From: a virus
Taxonomy: Duplodnaviria > Caudoviricetes
DNA length: 64,000 nucleotides
Strand: one strand, 5' to 3'
Virus record (IMG/VR): IMGVR_UViG_3300017909_003066
Span: 32,001 to 96,000 of that record
Shown here: in pieces, positions 18,629-27,535 of the stretch
How the letters are laid out: every line of letters starts with the position of its first letter
Numbering within the stretch: position 1 is the first letter of the stretch
Translations under genes and position numbers: made by a program
Notes under the pieces: model-generated
What the model was told of the DNA's origin: nothing
What the model saw: only the letters and a program-made list of their open reading frames with translations
Databases searched by the model: none

Positions 18629-18967
18629 ATGACTACAGAATTAGCCAACGCAATAAAAGACTTCGGCTTTCCAATAGTTGCCGCAATGGGTCTTGGTTAC
18701 TTCGTGTTCTATGTGTGGCGTTGGGTCACAATGGAAATCAAACCTGTGCTAGGTGAAGCACAATCTACATTAATAAAATTAGTTGACAGAGTAAGAATGT
18801 TGGACAATGATATGATTAGATTAAACACTAAATTAAGTATGGTGTTAGAATATAAAAATGAGATAGAAGAGTCAACTGGTAAAAAATTTGATACAGACGA
18901 ATTGAATGAAATTTTAGAAAAATATAAAACTAGTTCTGAAACATTTAATTCAACAGGAAAAAAATAA
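18629..18967 (+). CDS. Membrane protein (GFPI..A TM + coiled coil), paralog 2
   Basis: FGFPIVAA TM; LVDRVRMLDND. Confidence 0.7.
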   Translation: MTTELANAIKDFGFPIVAAMGLGYFVFYVWRWVTMEIKPVLGEAQSTLIKLVDRVRMLDNDMIRLNTKLSMVLEYKNEIEESTGKKFDTDELNEILEKYKTSSETFNSTGKK

Positions 18968-19125
18968 TGACCGAAAGAGATATCTATGAACTTGAGGCTC
19001 AAAAACGTTTCCGTAAGTCAATAGGTGACCAGATTTGGACACATACTGATTTAGCAAAATACATGGTAGTTGGAATGTTACTAGGCGTTGTATTAGGAAA
19101 TGTTGTGTGTCAGTTTATATCGTAA
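18967..19125 (+). CDS. Small membrane protein
   Basis: Manual translation MTERDIYELEAQ...YMVVGMLLGVVLG; TAATG coupling. Confidence 0.55.
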   Translation: MTERDIYELEAQKRFRKSIGDQIWTHTDLAKYMVVGMLLGVVLGNVVCQFIS

Positions 19126-19481
19126 TTAATTTACTATTCTTTTTAGTAATAAAACATTGTATTGCCGACCTAGCGATACAGAAACTATTCCCTAGTAACA
19201 AATTACAGTATCTTAACAAAGATGCTCATAAGCACTACTTACATCATGCAATAGGCAGTTTTACAGTAGGCATATTTTTTAACGTTTATTTTGCGACATT
19301 AATTTTTGTTTTAGACTATTTAATTCACTGGCACGTTGATTTTGTAAAGACTCATGTGAAAAAGTTTTTTGATCTTGACGAAAGTGATCGTATGTTTTGG
19401 GTTTTACAGTCTGTGGATCAAGCACTGCACTTTTCGACTTACTACCTATTCGTAATTCTATTTCTGCAATTCTACTCTTAA
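19107..19481 (+). CDS. DUF3307-family membrane protein
   Basis: H..AD...Q, H...H, HWHVD..K and DQALH motifs. Confidence 0.8.
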   Translation: MSVYIVINLLFFLVIKHCIADLAIQKLFPSNKLQYLNKDAHKHYLHHAIGSFTVGIFFNVYFATLIFVLDYLIHWHVDFVKTHVKKFFDLDESDRMFWVLQSVDQALHFSTYYLFVILFLQFYS

Positions 19482-19513
19482 TTGAGCGAACTCTATTTTC
19501 AAGATCGAAATCA

Positions 19514-21553
19514 TTACTTACTGGTTGCGACGTAGACTCCGTTCCATGTTTCATTTGTAATATTTTGTAAAGCCATTTCATTACATCTTCCAATCATAGT
19601 CTCATAATATTTTTTATTTTGCTGTGGTCCATTTTTTGCTAGTTTTTCTGCTTTGTCTATTGCTTTAGTCCACTCTGCTTTTCTATAATATTCTAAAAAC
19701 AATTCGTGTGCCCTGTAATAGTTTTCCTTTTGTTCTTCTAACATTATAGTGAAAATTCTTGCTGGTTCTGTTTTACCTTTTACTGCAATCAAATCTAATT
19801 CTACGTACTTGAATAAATCATCTTTACTTGACTCACCTATTAGTAATTGTTGCCCATACTCTTTGGACTGTCCTTCAAGTCTTGCGGCAAGATTGACAGC
19901 ATCTCCAAGCACTGAATAATCAAAACGTTGATCTGATCCCATATTACCGACGACAACATCGCCAGTGTTAATACCAATACCAATATTAATAGGAAGTAGT
20001 CCCTCACTCTCCAACTCATTGTTTAACTCCTTTAGTCCTTTTAACATATCAATTGCTGTTTGTGTTGCTAGTTTCTTTTGCTCAGGAACATCTAAAGGTG
20101 CGTTCCAAAAGGCCATTAATGCATCTCCAATATATTTGTCTATTGTTCCTTGATTAGTCATAACAATATTTGTCATAGGAGTCATATAGCGATTAATTAA
20201 TTTTGTTAATCCTTGTGGATTAGTTTTATACTGTTCTGAAATCGGAGTAAAACCTCTTATGTCCGAAAACAGTATAGTAAGTTCTTTAGTTTCGCCTCCC
20301 AATTTAAGTAAATCTGGATTCTTCTGTAATTTTTTAACCATTGCAGGTGCAAGGTAATGTTCAAACTGTTTTTTAATTTGTTGTTTTAATTGGAACTCTC
20401 TAACAAAGCGATTGAATACTGCATGGAATCCAACTATGGTAGATACTACTACAATCCAACTCCAATCCCATAACTGTAAATGCCTTGTAAACGTAAAATA
20501 AGCGCCGTACACGGTGGTTGAATAAACTGCTAATATAACTGCTCCAACTACCCAGTAAGGTGCACGTACGGCGGTTACAATAAGCAATAAACCTATGATT
20601 ATAGACGTTATATACTCTAAGAATGTAGCATAATCATAACGTACTATATTATCTCCATTTACAATAGTTTGGATAGCAGTTGCTGGTAAAATATGCCGAG
20701 AAACTTCTCCATTTGGTGTTGCAATAATACTACCTAAACCTTCAGCAGTTGTTCCAATTATTACTATTTTTCCTGCAAGTGGAGAATAATCTTCCTCTGC
20801 CAAACTGATTGATTCAAATTGTTTATTCCACCTAATCCAAATTCTTCCATTAGCATCAGTTTGAATAGTTTGATAAGCAGGTACTCGCATAGCAATAATA
20901 CCGCCTTCTCCTGCTTTTACTTGATAACTTGGATCTCCTACTGCAACTCTAATGGTTTCTATAGCAATGCTAGGATATACTTCTTCACCTATTTTCATCA
21001 ACAATGGTAGGCGTCTTGTTACACCATCTATTTCAGGTGCAGTGTTTATTACTCCAACTCCGTCAGCATTTTGTCCTAGGATTTCTATTGGCCCTAACAT
21101 ACCAGGCCACTCAAATAACCACGGCATTGGATCACCTATTTTAGCAACACCTCTTGGCACTGCATTTTTGTTTACTCCTTGTGAAGTTCCAACCTGTGCA
21201 ATGATAATACCGTTGCCGGAAAGTTTTTGTGCTAGTTCTAAATCACCACCTAGCCTATCTGGTTCAGAAAACAATACTGGAAGAACAATTACTCCAACGC
21301 CTGTTTCTCTTAATTTTTGTATAACATCTGCAAGTACATCACGTTTCCAAGGCCATTGCCCATACTTTTCAATAGCACGTTCATCTATTTCTAATATTGC
21401 AATATCTTGTGATAATACTGGTGTGTCATACTGTTGTATAACATCAAAGGATTTAAGTCGTAGTAATTGCTTTACATAAGGGTCGGATAACCCTATAAAA
21501 GATATGACTGCAAGGGTCAGAATAGCAGATACCCAATGTGTTAACCATTTCAT
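19514..21553 (-). CDS. CHASE2-domain class III adenylate cyclase
   Basis: IDE......GQWPWKR and DGVTRR (CHASE2), 3 TM, FSDIRGFT, DKYIGDA, YSVLGDAVNLAARLE. Confidence 0.95.
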   Translation of the reverse strand: MKWLTHWVSAILTLAVISFIGLSDPYVKQLLRLKSFDVIQQYDTPVLSQDIAILEIDERAIEKYGQWPWKRDVLADVIQKLRETGVGVIVLPVLFSEPDRLGGDLELAQKLSGNGIIIAQVGTSQGVNKNAVPRGVAKIGDPMPWLFEWPGMLGPIEILGQNADGVGVINTAPEIDGVTRRLPLLMKIGEEVYPSIAIETIRVAVGDPSYQVKAGEGGIIAMRVPAYQTIQTDANGRIWIRWNKQFESISLAEEDYSPLAGKIVIIGTTAEGLGSIIATPNGEVSRHILPATAIQTIVNGDNIVRYDYATFLEYITSIIIGLLLIVTAVRAPYWVVGAVILAVYSTTVYGAYFTFTRHLQLWDWSWIVVVSTIVGFHAVFNRFVREFQLKQQIKKQFEHYLAPAMVKKLQKNPDLLKLGGETKELTILFSDIRGFTPISEQYKTNPQGLTKLINRYMTPMTNIVMTNQGTIDKYIGDALMAFWNAPLDVPEQKKLATQTAIDMLKGLKELNNELESEGLLPINIGIGINTGDVVVGNMGSDQRFDYSVLGDAVNLAARLEGQSKEYGQQLLIGESSKDDLFKYVELDLIAVKGKTEPARIFTIMLEEQKENYYRAHELFLEYYRKAEWTKAIDKAEKLAKNGPQQNKKYYETMIGRCNEMALQNITNETWNGVYVATSK

Positions 21554-21561
21554 ATGTGTAT

Positions 21562-21990
21562 TTAACTAATATTGCACCAATATTGTTCGGCGCCAGGTTG
21601 TAGAGAATCACAACCTCTGATTAGTAGTTCTAACATTTCAGGAAGATCTTGTGCAATACCTGTAATCATTGCAAGTAAAATAAACAGGAAAAATAATATG
21701 AAAGGACTTAATAGTATCAACCACCAATAGGTTCTAAATATCCCGTGACCGTGTGCTTTACGATATTCACGTTTACGTGCAAACCAATGTACTATTGCTC
21801 TTGCAATACGTTTAAGTCCGCCTACAAACCAATCACCTATAAAGTACCTAATGATTCTAACAACAATAAGGACAGGACTTGCAATAACTTCCCATATTAA
21901 AAGTAAGGCATCAACACAAAGATCAACAACATGATCTATTGTCCACCATTCTTTAAACCGTTGCCAACGGCTTTTTTGTTTTGTCTCCAT
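21562..21990 (-). CDS. Membrane protein within the curli/cyclase locus
   Basis: Hydrophobic segments; TAAATA-N4-ATG. Confidence 0.65.
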   Translation of the reverse strand: METKQKSRWQRFKEWWTIDHVVDLCVDALLLIWEVIASPVLIVVRIIRYFIGDWFVGGLKRIARAIVHWFARKREYRKAHGHGIFRTYWWLILLSPFILFFLFILLAMITGIAQDLPEMLELLIRGCDSLQPGAEQYWCNIS

Positions 21991-21997
21991 AACGTAT

Positions 21998-23041
21998 TTA
22001 GTTTTGGGTAACTGTCACGCCACAACCGTTAGCATTTGTACATATACCTGTAATACTATATGTTTTATTTGAAGTTGCTGTTTGATCTAAGTCTAATGTA
22101 TAACCACCGCCTGAATTTGTTAGATTAATATTTGCTGTATGTGAACCATAGCGTTGAAATACGTCAACTGTATGTCCGTCATCTAAAACTATGTCCGCAA
22201 ACTGTTCATCACTATTTCCACGTTGTAATAATGTAACATTATTATCGTCACCGTTTATTTCAATATATCCTTCATGATCGCCGCCGCCACGCTGTGTATG
22301 TTTTACAGTATTGCTATCACCTGTAACGTAATTTGCAATATGTTGTCCACCATTACCATTATCATCTGTTTGATAACTTTCCAAATTGTTGTTACTACCT
22401 GCTACAATCCAATACACATCATTGTCGCCAGTCTCATCTGTATCCACTGTTCCATTTTCGTGTTTGCCTTGCCATGCTTTAATATTATTTGAACTACCGT
22501 TAACCGTAACTGTATTGATGTTATTGCTTTGATCGTGAATTTGTATGTCTATACTATTATTACTACCATCTATAACTTCTGTGTAAAGTGTGTTGCTATC
22601 GCCGTTATCAATCGTTACGCTAATTTGATTATTGATATCGTTACCATTGCCTATTTCAGTATGAGTGACATTACTATCTCCATCGATACTAACAGACATG
22701 TTGTTATTGTTTCCGTGATTGTCCATGGCACTTACATTTGAATTACCGTCCTGTGTAAGACTCATTTGATGATTACCTCCATGTGTCCAAAATCCTGCAC
22801 GGTTGTTATTGCCTTGTTGTGTGATTGAAAGGGTTTTGTTATTACCACCTATGTATGCATCACCACTTGTAGTGTTAAGACTACGGATAGAATTATCTTG
22901 ACCGTCTTGTGTAATATCTAAATCTATTGAATCACCAACCTGAGTCATGTATATGTCATTTGCTAATCCTTTCATAGGAAAAACTAACAGCAAAAATAAA
23001 ATACTACTGTACTTGAATAATGTCAATTTCATTCTGTCCAT
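21998..23041 (-). CDS. Curlin-repeat (CsgA/CsgB-like) secreted protein
   Basis: Signal peptide; repeated x-I-x-Q-x-G-x-x-N units; Asn/Gly/Asp-rich. Confidence 0.8.
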   Translation of the reverse strand: MDRMKLTLFKYSSILFLLLVFPMKGLANDIYMTQVGDSIDLDITQDGQDNSIRSLNTTSGDAYIGGNNKTLSITQQGNNNRAGFWTHGGNHQMSLTQDGNSNVSAMDNHGNNNNMSVSIDGDSNVTHTEIGNGNDINNQISVTIDNGDSNTLYTEVIDGSNNSIDIQIHDQSNNINTVTVNGSSNNIKAWQGKHENGTVDTDETGDNDVYWIVAGSNNNLESYQTDDNGNGGQHIANYVTGDSNTVKHTQRGGGDHEGYIEINGDDNNVTLLQRGNSDEQFADIVLDDGHTVDVFQRYGSHTANINLTNSGGGYTLDLDQTATSNKTYSITGICTNANGCGVTVTQN

Positions 23042-24107
23042 CTCCTAATTGATAGTCTCTATATTCAAAGTCGCCTTGTTGCATATTGATATTATATCCA
23101 TTTGCTTGATTTAAACGTAATTCAAAAAAGTTACCCATACCATCATCTCTACGTATTAACCAATCCGGTTTTTGATCATAAAGTTCAATACCGGTTTCAG
23201 GATCTTTTCCTAATTGTATTCCTTGATTTCTTTCATCAAGTGCACCTCGCATAAGTCTAGCAAGTGCTTCATTAATTAAATCTAAAACGTTCCGCAAAAA
23301 GTCCTGTCCTAAAAAATCAATATCTAGATCGGTCATCCATAAACCCTCAGTCTGCACTGCTAGATAATCTTTATTCAGTTCATCAAATTCTAAAAAATCA
23401 AATCCCAAAAAGTCTGAAAGTTTTTTAATACGGTTTCTTTCTAATTCTTCTTCTATTTCTACTGGTTTTCTAATAACCAATAAGTTGTTAATCAAACTTT
23501 CGTCTATATCTAGTGTAATTGGATTCAATGGTTTAGATTTAGCAGTTTCTACAACCGTGGCTTGGAAAGCCTGATTTAGAATTACAGTGCCTACATCACT
23601 GGAAACTTCTATTTCTCCTACTACACAAATTTTACTTCCCATCACTATGGTACAACTTGGTAGTAGGATAATAGTACTATTACCCGTTTCGTCAACAGTC
23701 ATTGTAAAGTCTGTTCCTCTTACACCAATAACTGCTGTGGGTGTTGTTATTTTGACATTTTGTTTTGAGTTTTTTGCAATCTGACCACTTGCATATCGTA
23801 CTGTTCCAAAAGACGCCTTGAGAGCGAGAGAACCAGTGGACGTATTAGGATCATATACAAACTCATCTATTACAAGTTTACTGTTTTCAGTTACATCGAC
23901 TCTAGTGTCATCGACAAACTCAATTGATGTTCTTCCAACTTTTGTTTTTACAACATCATAACTTTCAATGCCAAAACCTTCATTGGAACGATATCCGTCA
24001 CCATCCTTTCGGATAATATCTGCCTCACCGATCTGCTTGGTTACTTCACCAATATTAGCATACGCGGTCGAGGTTAGAATGACCAATAACAGAACCAATA
24101 TACGCAT
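23004..24107 (-). CDS. FecR-domain secreted protein
   Basis: Signal peptide; D.V.T..G...I.F.D.T...V.ENS.L and TPTAVIGVRGTDF motifs. Confidence 0.9.
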   Translation of the reverse strand: MRILVLLLVILTSTAYANIGEVTKQIGEADIIRKDGDGYRSNEGFGIESYDVVKTKVGRTSIEFVDDTRVDVTENSKLVIDEFVYDPNTSTGSLALKASFGTVRYASGQIAKNSKQNVKITTPTAVIGVRGTDFTMTVDETGNSTIILLPSCTIVMGSKICVVGEIEVSSDVGTVILNQAFQATVVETAKSKPLNPITLDIDESLINNLLVIRKPVEIEEELERNRIKKLSDFLGFDFLEFDELNKDYLAVQTEGLWMTDLDIDFLGQDFLRNVLDLINEALARLMRGALDERNQGIQLGKDPETGIELYDQKPDWLIRRDDGMGNFFELRLNQANGYNINMQQGDFEYRDYQLGDGQNEIDIIQVQ

Positions 24108-24823
24108 TAGTCATCCTGCGTAATATCTATTTCAGCGTCATCTCCACTTGTAGTCAACTGTAACTTGTTATCATACAAACCACTTTGTGTGATATTGATT
24201 ACTCCACCGTCACCTGTGTGACTGTGTGTTAGTGAATGTCCATTTACATCACCGTTGTCATTTATATCATAAACGGCAGTGTTTCCAGTTAATCCACTTG
24301 AGTTTGAAATATCAATGTCAGCATCAGCATTTTGACCGTCTACAGTTAGTGTTACTGTTTCAGCGGCCGCTGATGTAATATCCATTGTACCTACAAAGTT
24401 CACTGCATCTGCATTTTCACCTATGCTAACAACAACTGTTGCTGAACTTCCTGTTACATCAATACTCATACTAACAGTTTCACAATTTCCTGATCCTGCT
24501 GTACCTGTACTATCACAAAGTAATGCTACGTTGTTTGAGTTACCTGTTAAATCAATGTTACCTGTATAAGTGTCACCATTGATTATTGCAGAAACAACGT
24601 TAGAGTTACCTACTTGGTCTATATTAAAGGTCATAGTATCACCTGTCAATTGTATTGCTGTGCTACTAGTACCTGCTACGTTGTTTTGTCCGTCTTGCGT
24701 TATATCTAAGTCTAAGTCATCGCCTGATTGCGTAATGTAAATATCATTCGCCAATACAGGGGTAACAAGGCTTAACGAAGATAGTAAGAACAATCCGTAC
24801 ATGAATGTTTTAAATTTATTCAT
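24107..24823 (-). CDS. Curlin-repeat (CsgA/CsgB-like) secreted protein
   Basis: Signal peptide; IYITQSG, DITQDGQNN, IDQVGNSN and INITQSG repeats. Confidence 0.8.
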   Translation of the reverse strand: MNKFKTFMYGLFLLSSLSLVTPVLANDIYITQSGDDLDLDITQDGQNNVAGTSSTAIQLTGDTMTFNIDQVGNSNVVSAIINGDTYTGNIDLTGNSNNVALLCDSTGTAGSGNCETVSMSIDVTGSSATVVVSIGENADAVNFVGTMDITSAAAETVTLTVDGQNADADIDISNSSGLTGNTAVYDINDNGDVNGHSLTHSHTGDGGVINITQSGLYDNKLQLTTSGDDAEIDITQDD

Positions 24824-24834
24824 TCTCGCTCCTT

Positions 24835-25665
24835 TTATTTGTTAGGACCTTTATGAAGTGTGATTTTATCATCTTTAAACTTCCAAAGGCCTTTTGTTTC
24901 CCCTTCTTTAACTAATTGCAATATAGCGGCCTCAATTGCGGCCCTAACTGCGTAATTGGTAGGTTCATTTACTGCGGCACCAGTCTCTATTTCTAAAGCC
25001 TTAGTACCTAAGTCCAAAAACCTGAACACATCTGCTCCAGACTTGTAACTTGCTATCGTTTTTTCAGTTGCCACGCTCAACAAAACTTCTCCTGTTTGTA
25101 CACTAACGATTCGCATTGCCACTGTTACCTGATCGGTTCTGTAGGTTTTATTTGCTCCAATACCAAAATATCTTGCTCCTACTCCCCCGCTAGTTGTATT
25201 AGAATCGTAGCCAACTACTCCACCCTCTAATAACAATCCAGCAAATAACATTGGTTTTAATTTTACTGGTTCTTTTTCATATACTTCCCTTGTCGACCTA
25301 ATTAATTGCCTTTCCTTAACTAAATTATCTAGACCCACTCTTTCTACAACAGTGAACCATGTGCCTTTTCCTGCCTTTTGAAGTGCATTAATAACCCACA
25401 CTTCAGAACCTTGAGTAACTGCACTGCTTAATTGAGAAAACTTATCATTTGGTTTTCTCTGGCCCGTTTTATCAAGAAAACTATAAACAGCAATAGTAAT
25501 CTTTGGACCGTCTAGCACGGGTAATGATTCTAACTTATTCACTAATGGAGTTGTTGCTTTAACTGGCTCGCTCCATTCTGTGTTAGACATCGTTGCCGCA
25601 CAACCATTTAACAGTAATGCAAAAACAATCCCGGTGAATACTTTAACACAATTAGTTTTTCTCAT
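24835..25665 (-). CDS. csgG: Curli secretion channel CsgG (lipoprotein)
   Basis: LLNGC lipobox; AVYSF.DKTGQRKP, SAVTQG, WF.VVER.GL.NL.KERQ.IR and NEP motifs. Confidence 0.95.
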   Translation of the reverse strand: MRKTNCVKVFTGIVFALLLNGCAATMSNTEWSEPVKATTPLVNKLESLPVLDGPKITIAVYSFLDKTGQRKPNDKFSQLSSAVTQGSEVWVINALQKAGKGTWFTVVERVGLDNLVKERQLIRSTREVYEKEPVKLKPMLFAGLLLEGGVVGYDSNTTSGGVGARYFGIGANKTYRTDQVTVAMRIVSVQTGEVLLSVATEKTIASYKSGADVFRFLDLGTKALEIETGAAVNEPTNYAVRAAIEAAILQLVKEGETKGLWKFKDDKITLHKGPNK

Positions 25666-25668
25666 AAG

Positions 25669-26127
25669 TTAGAACCCAAATCCGCTCAATGGAACAATAA
25701 TTTCTGTAAATGTTCCATCTTCTTCAGTAATTTGTACGGTTATTGTATCAGTGGTGACATCTTTGATCCAATAAATGGTAGCACCTTCTATTTCTGCGGT
25801 ACCTGTCAAAGCGCCAGTATCACTGAACATATTATCAACCATTTGTTTACTGAGTTGAGCATAGATTCTAGATTCTACATTAGATAAAAACTTCGCTAAG
25901 GTTGTGCCTTCAGCCTCACGTTGTTTTCGCCTTGCTTCTGATTCTGCTTTTTCCTCAGCGTCCTTTTTCCTAGTGAACTGAAGTTGCTCGATGCTCAGTA
26001 CGTGGTTGCTATACCCCTGTCCACTAAAACTAGGATTTTTGAATTCAAAAACTTCGTCTGCAAGAGTAACAGTAGACAAGAAGGCAGTCAAGACAAATGT
26101 CAGTAAAATACTATTAAATTTACACAA
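25669..26127 (-). CDS. csgF: Curli assembly protein CsgF
   Basis: Signal peptide then F.FKNPSF.G; F..N.ESRIYAQLS; adjacent to csgG. Confidence 0.85.
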   Translation of the reverse strand: MCKFNSILLTFVLTAFLSTVTLADEVFEFKNPSFSGQGYSNHVLSIEQLQFTRKKDAEEKAESEARRKQREAEGTTLAKFLSNVESRIYAQLSKQMVDNMFSDTGALTGTAEIEGATIYWIKDVTTDTITVQITEEDGTFTEIIVPLSGFGF

Positions 26128-26205
26128 GATCTCGCTCTCCCACTAATACACTGTTATTTACCGTTCAATGAGTTTTCATTAAATACAATTACTCGTATCA
26201 CAGTC

Positions 26206-26237
26206 TTTACAGTATTATTTACTGTAAAAATTTTTAC
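26206..26237. promoter_or_regulatory. Overlapping palindromes (candidate operator) between the divergent csgF and Fis-like genes
   Basis: TTTACAGTA-N5-TACTGTAAA (26206-26228) and GTAAAAATTTTTAC (26224-26237). Confidence 0.45.
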
Positions 26238-26279
26238 GGAAAAGTGCGTATATAATTATTGTTAATAAGGATATAACAA

Positions 26280-26552
26280 ATGGACATTATAGAGAAAGAA
26301 ACACCCGAAGAAATGGAAAAAAGAATTGCGGAGCAAGATGCTTTGTGGAACCTATTTGACGAAGTGTGGCCTAAAAATGCACCACCGCAAGTGCGAAATC
26401 TAAATGATGAAATCAATAGTTTGCAGAAGGTGTTAGTGCAACAGGCTATGTCAGATGCAAAACATAACAAAACAAAAGCCGCGGAACTTCTTCAGATCTC
26501 TAGAGAAAATCTTATTTACAAGTTAAAGAAAATCGAAGAAGAATCAGTGTAA
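26280..26552 (+). CDS. Fis-type HTH protein
   Basis: LVQQAM....NKTKAAELLQISRENLIYKLKK. Confidence 0.88.
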   Translation: MDIIEKETPEEMEKRIAEQDALWNLFDEVWPKNAPPQVRNLNDEINSLQKVLVQQAMSDAKHNKTKAAELLQISRENLIYKLKKIEEESV

Positions 26553-26564
26553 ACTAGTTTGAGA

Positions 26565-26617
26565 AGAAAGGGCAATTACTGACTTCCTTTATAAAGAAGT
26601 GTTCTTTTGCCCTTTCT
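26565..26617. terminator. Bidirectional hairpin between convergent genes
   Basis: AGAAAGGGCAA...TTGCCCTTTCT inverted repeat. Confidence 0.6.
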
Positions 26618-27143
26618 AAAAGTGATGCACACTTGTTGTAAGTATATCTGCTACTTCTTCAAACAAAATAGGAGTAGCATTGATCCTTTCAACACTTACA
26701 TTGAAGTAAGACGGGTCATCAATAACGTTACTGTGCAAGTGTCCATGAATGTTGCCTTTGAATCTACCTATCTGTGTAGGGTGAACCGGAACATGTGTTA
26801 AGATAAACCCTTTGTATTCAAAAGCGCCTCTGATATCTTTGAAGTGTTTTGCGTAATCCTTCAAATCAAACAGATCATGGTTACCTTTTATAAGCACTTT
26901 TTTTCCGTTAAGTTTATCTAAAATAGACAAACTTTTTCTAGGAAATGCAACGTCTCCCAAATGGTAGACTTTATCTTCAGGTGCCACAATACTGTTCCAT
27001 CTGTCAATCATTACTTGATCACCAGTCGCAGAATCAGTTGCCCATGGACGTATTCTATCACCGTTACTGTCAGTAAAGGTGTATACGGCATCATGACCAA
27101 AATGTGTGTCACTAATTAAAAACCTACGCATATCATTCCTCAA
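26616..27143 (-). CDS. Calcineurin-like metallophosphoesterase
   Basis: SDTHFGH, HLGD, GNHD and HGHLH motifs. Confidence 0.92.
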   Translation of the reverse strand: MRNDMRRFLISDTHFGHDAVYTFTDSNGDRIRPWATDSATGDQVMIDRWNSIVAPEDKVYHLGDVAFPRKSLSILDKLNGKKVLIKGNHDLFDLKDYAKHFKDIRGAFEYKGFILTHVPVHPTQIGRFKGNIHGHLHSNVIDDPSYFNVSVERINATPILFEEVADILTTSVHHF

Positions 27144-27351
27144 TTATAAAATTGTTATCATCTTGTAAATGCACCCAACGACCATCAAAATCACCTTTAT
27201 CTGTTTTGTGTTCGCTACGTAACAACATTGCAGGAGCACCGTTAAATAGTCCAAGATGCTTGACTACCCAACGTTCGCCATGTTGGTGAATGCGATTCTT
27301 CCCATGTCTAGTTTTACCTTTTAAAACTACTGTATCATTTACCTCCGGCAT
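27133..27351 (-). CDS. Hypothetical protein
   Basis: Start MPEVND downstream of tRNA-Trp; GKTRHGKNRIHQHG. Confidence 0.65.
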   Translation of the reverse strand: MPEVNDTVVLKGKTRHGKNRIHQHGERWVVKHLGLFNGAPAMLLRSEHKTDKGDFDGRWVHLQDDNNFIIEE

Positions 27352-27369
27352 TTGCCTACCTTTCAATTT

Positions 27370-27443
27370 TGGCAGAGGACCAAGGAATTGAACCCTGTCT
27401 TGCTGGGTTGGAGCCAGCCGTGCTACCGTAACACTTGTCCCCT
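27370..27443 (-). tRNA. tRNA-Trp(CCA)
   Basis: AGGGGAC/GTCCTCT acceptor, GCTGG-CTCCAAC-CCAGC, GGTTCAATTCC, GCCA; A at position 8. Confidence 0.88.
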
Positions 27444-27535
27444 GTAAATTCATTATAAAACCCTCTACAATCTTTATTGTCTATACAGTATAGTATATAA
27501 CAATAAACTTGTCAACCGTTTTTTGGAAATTATTT

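Noticed and set aside
27352-27453. N-terminal extension of ORF 27133..27453
   Set aside because: It runs through tRNA-Trp; the real start is 27351
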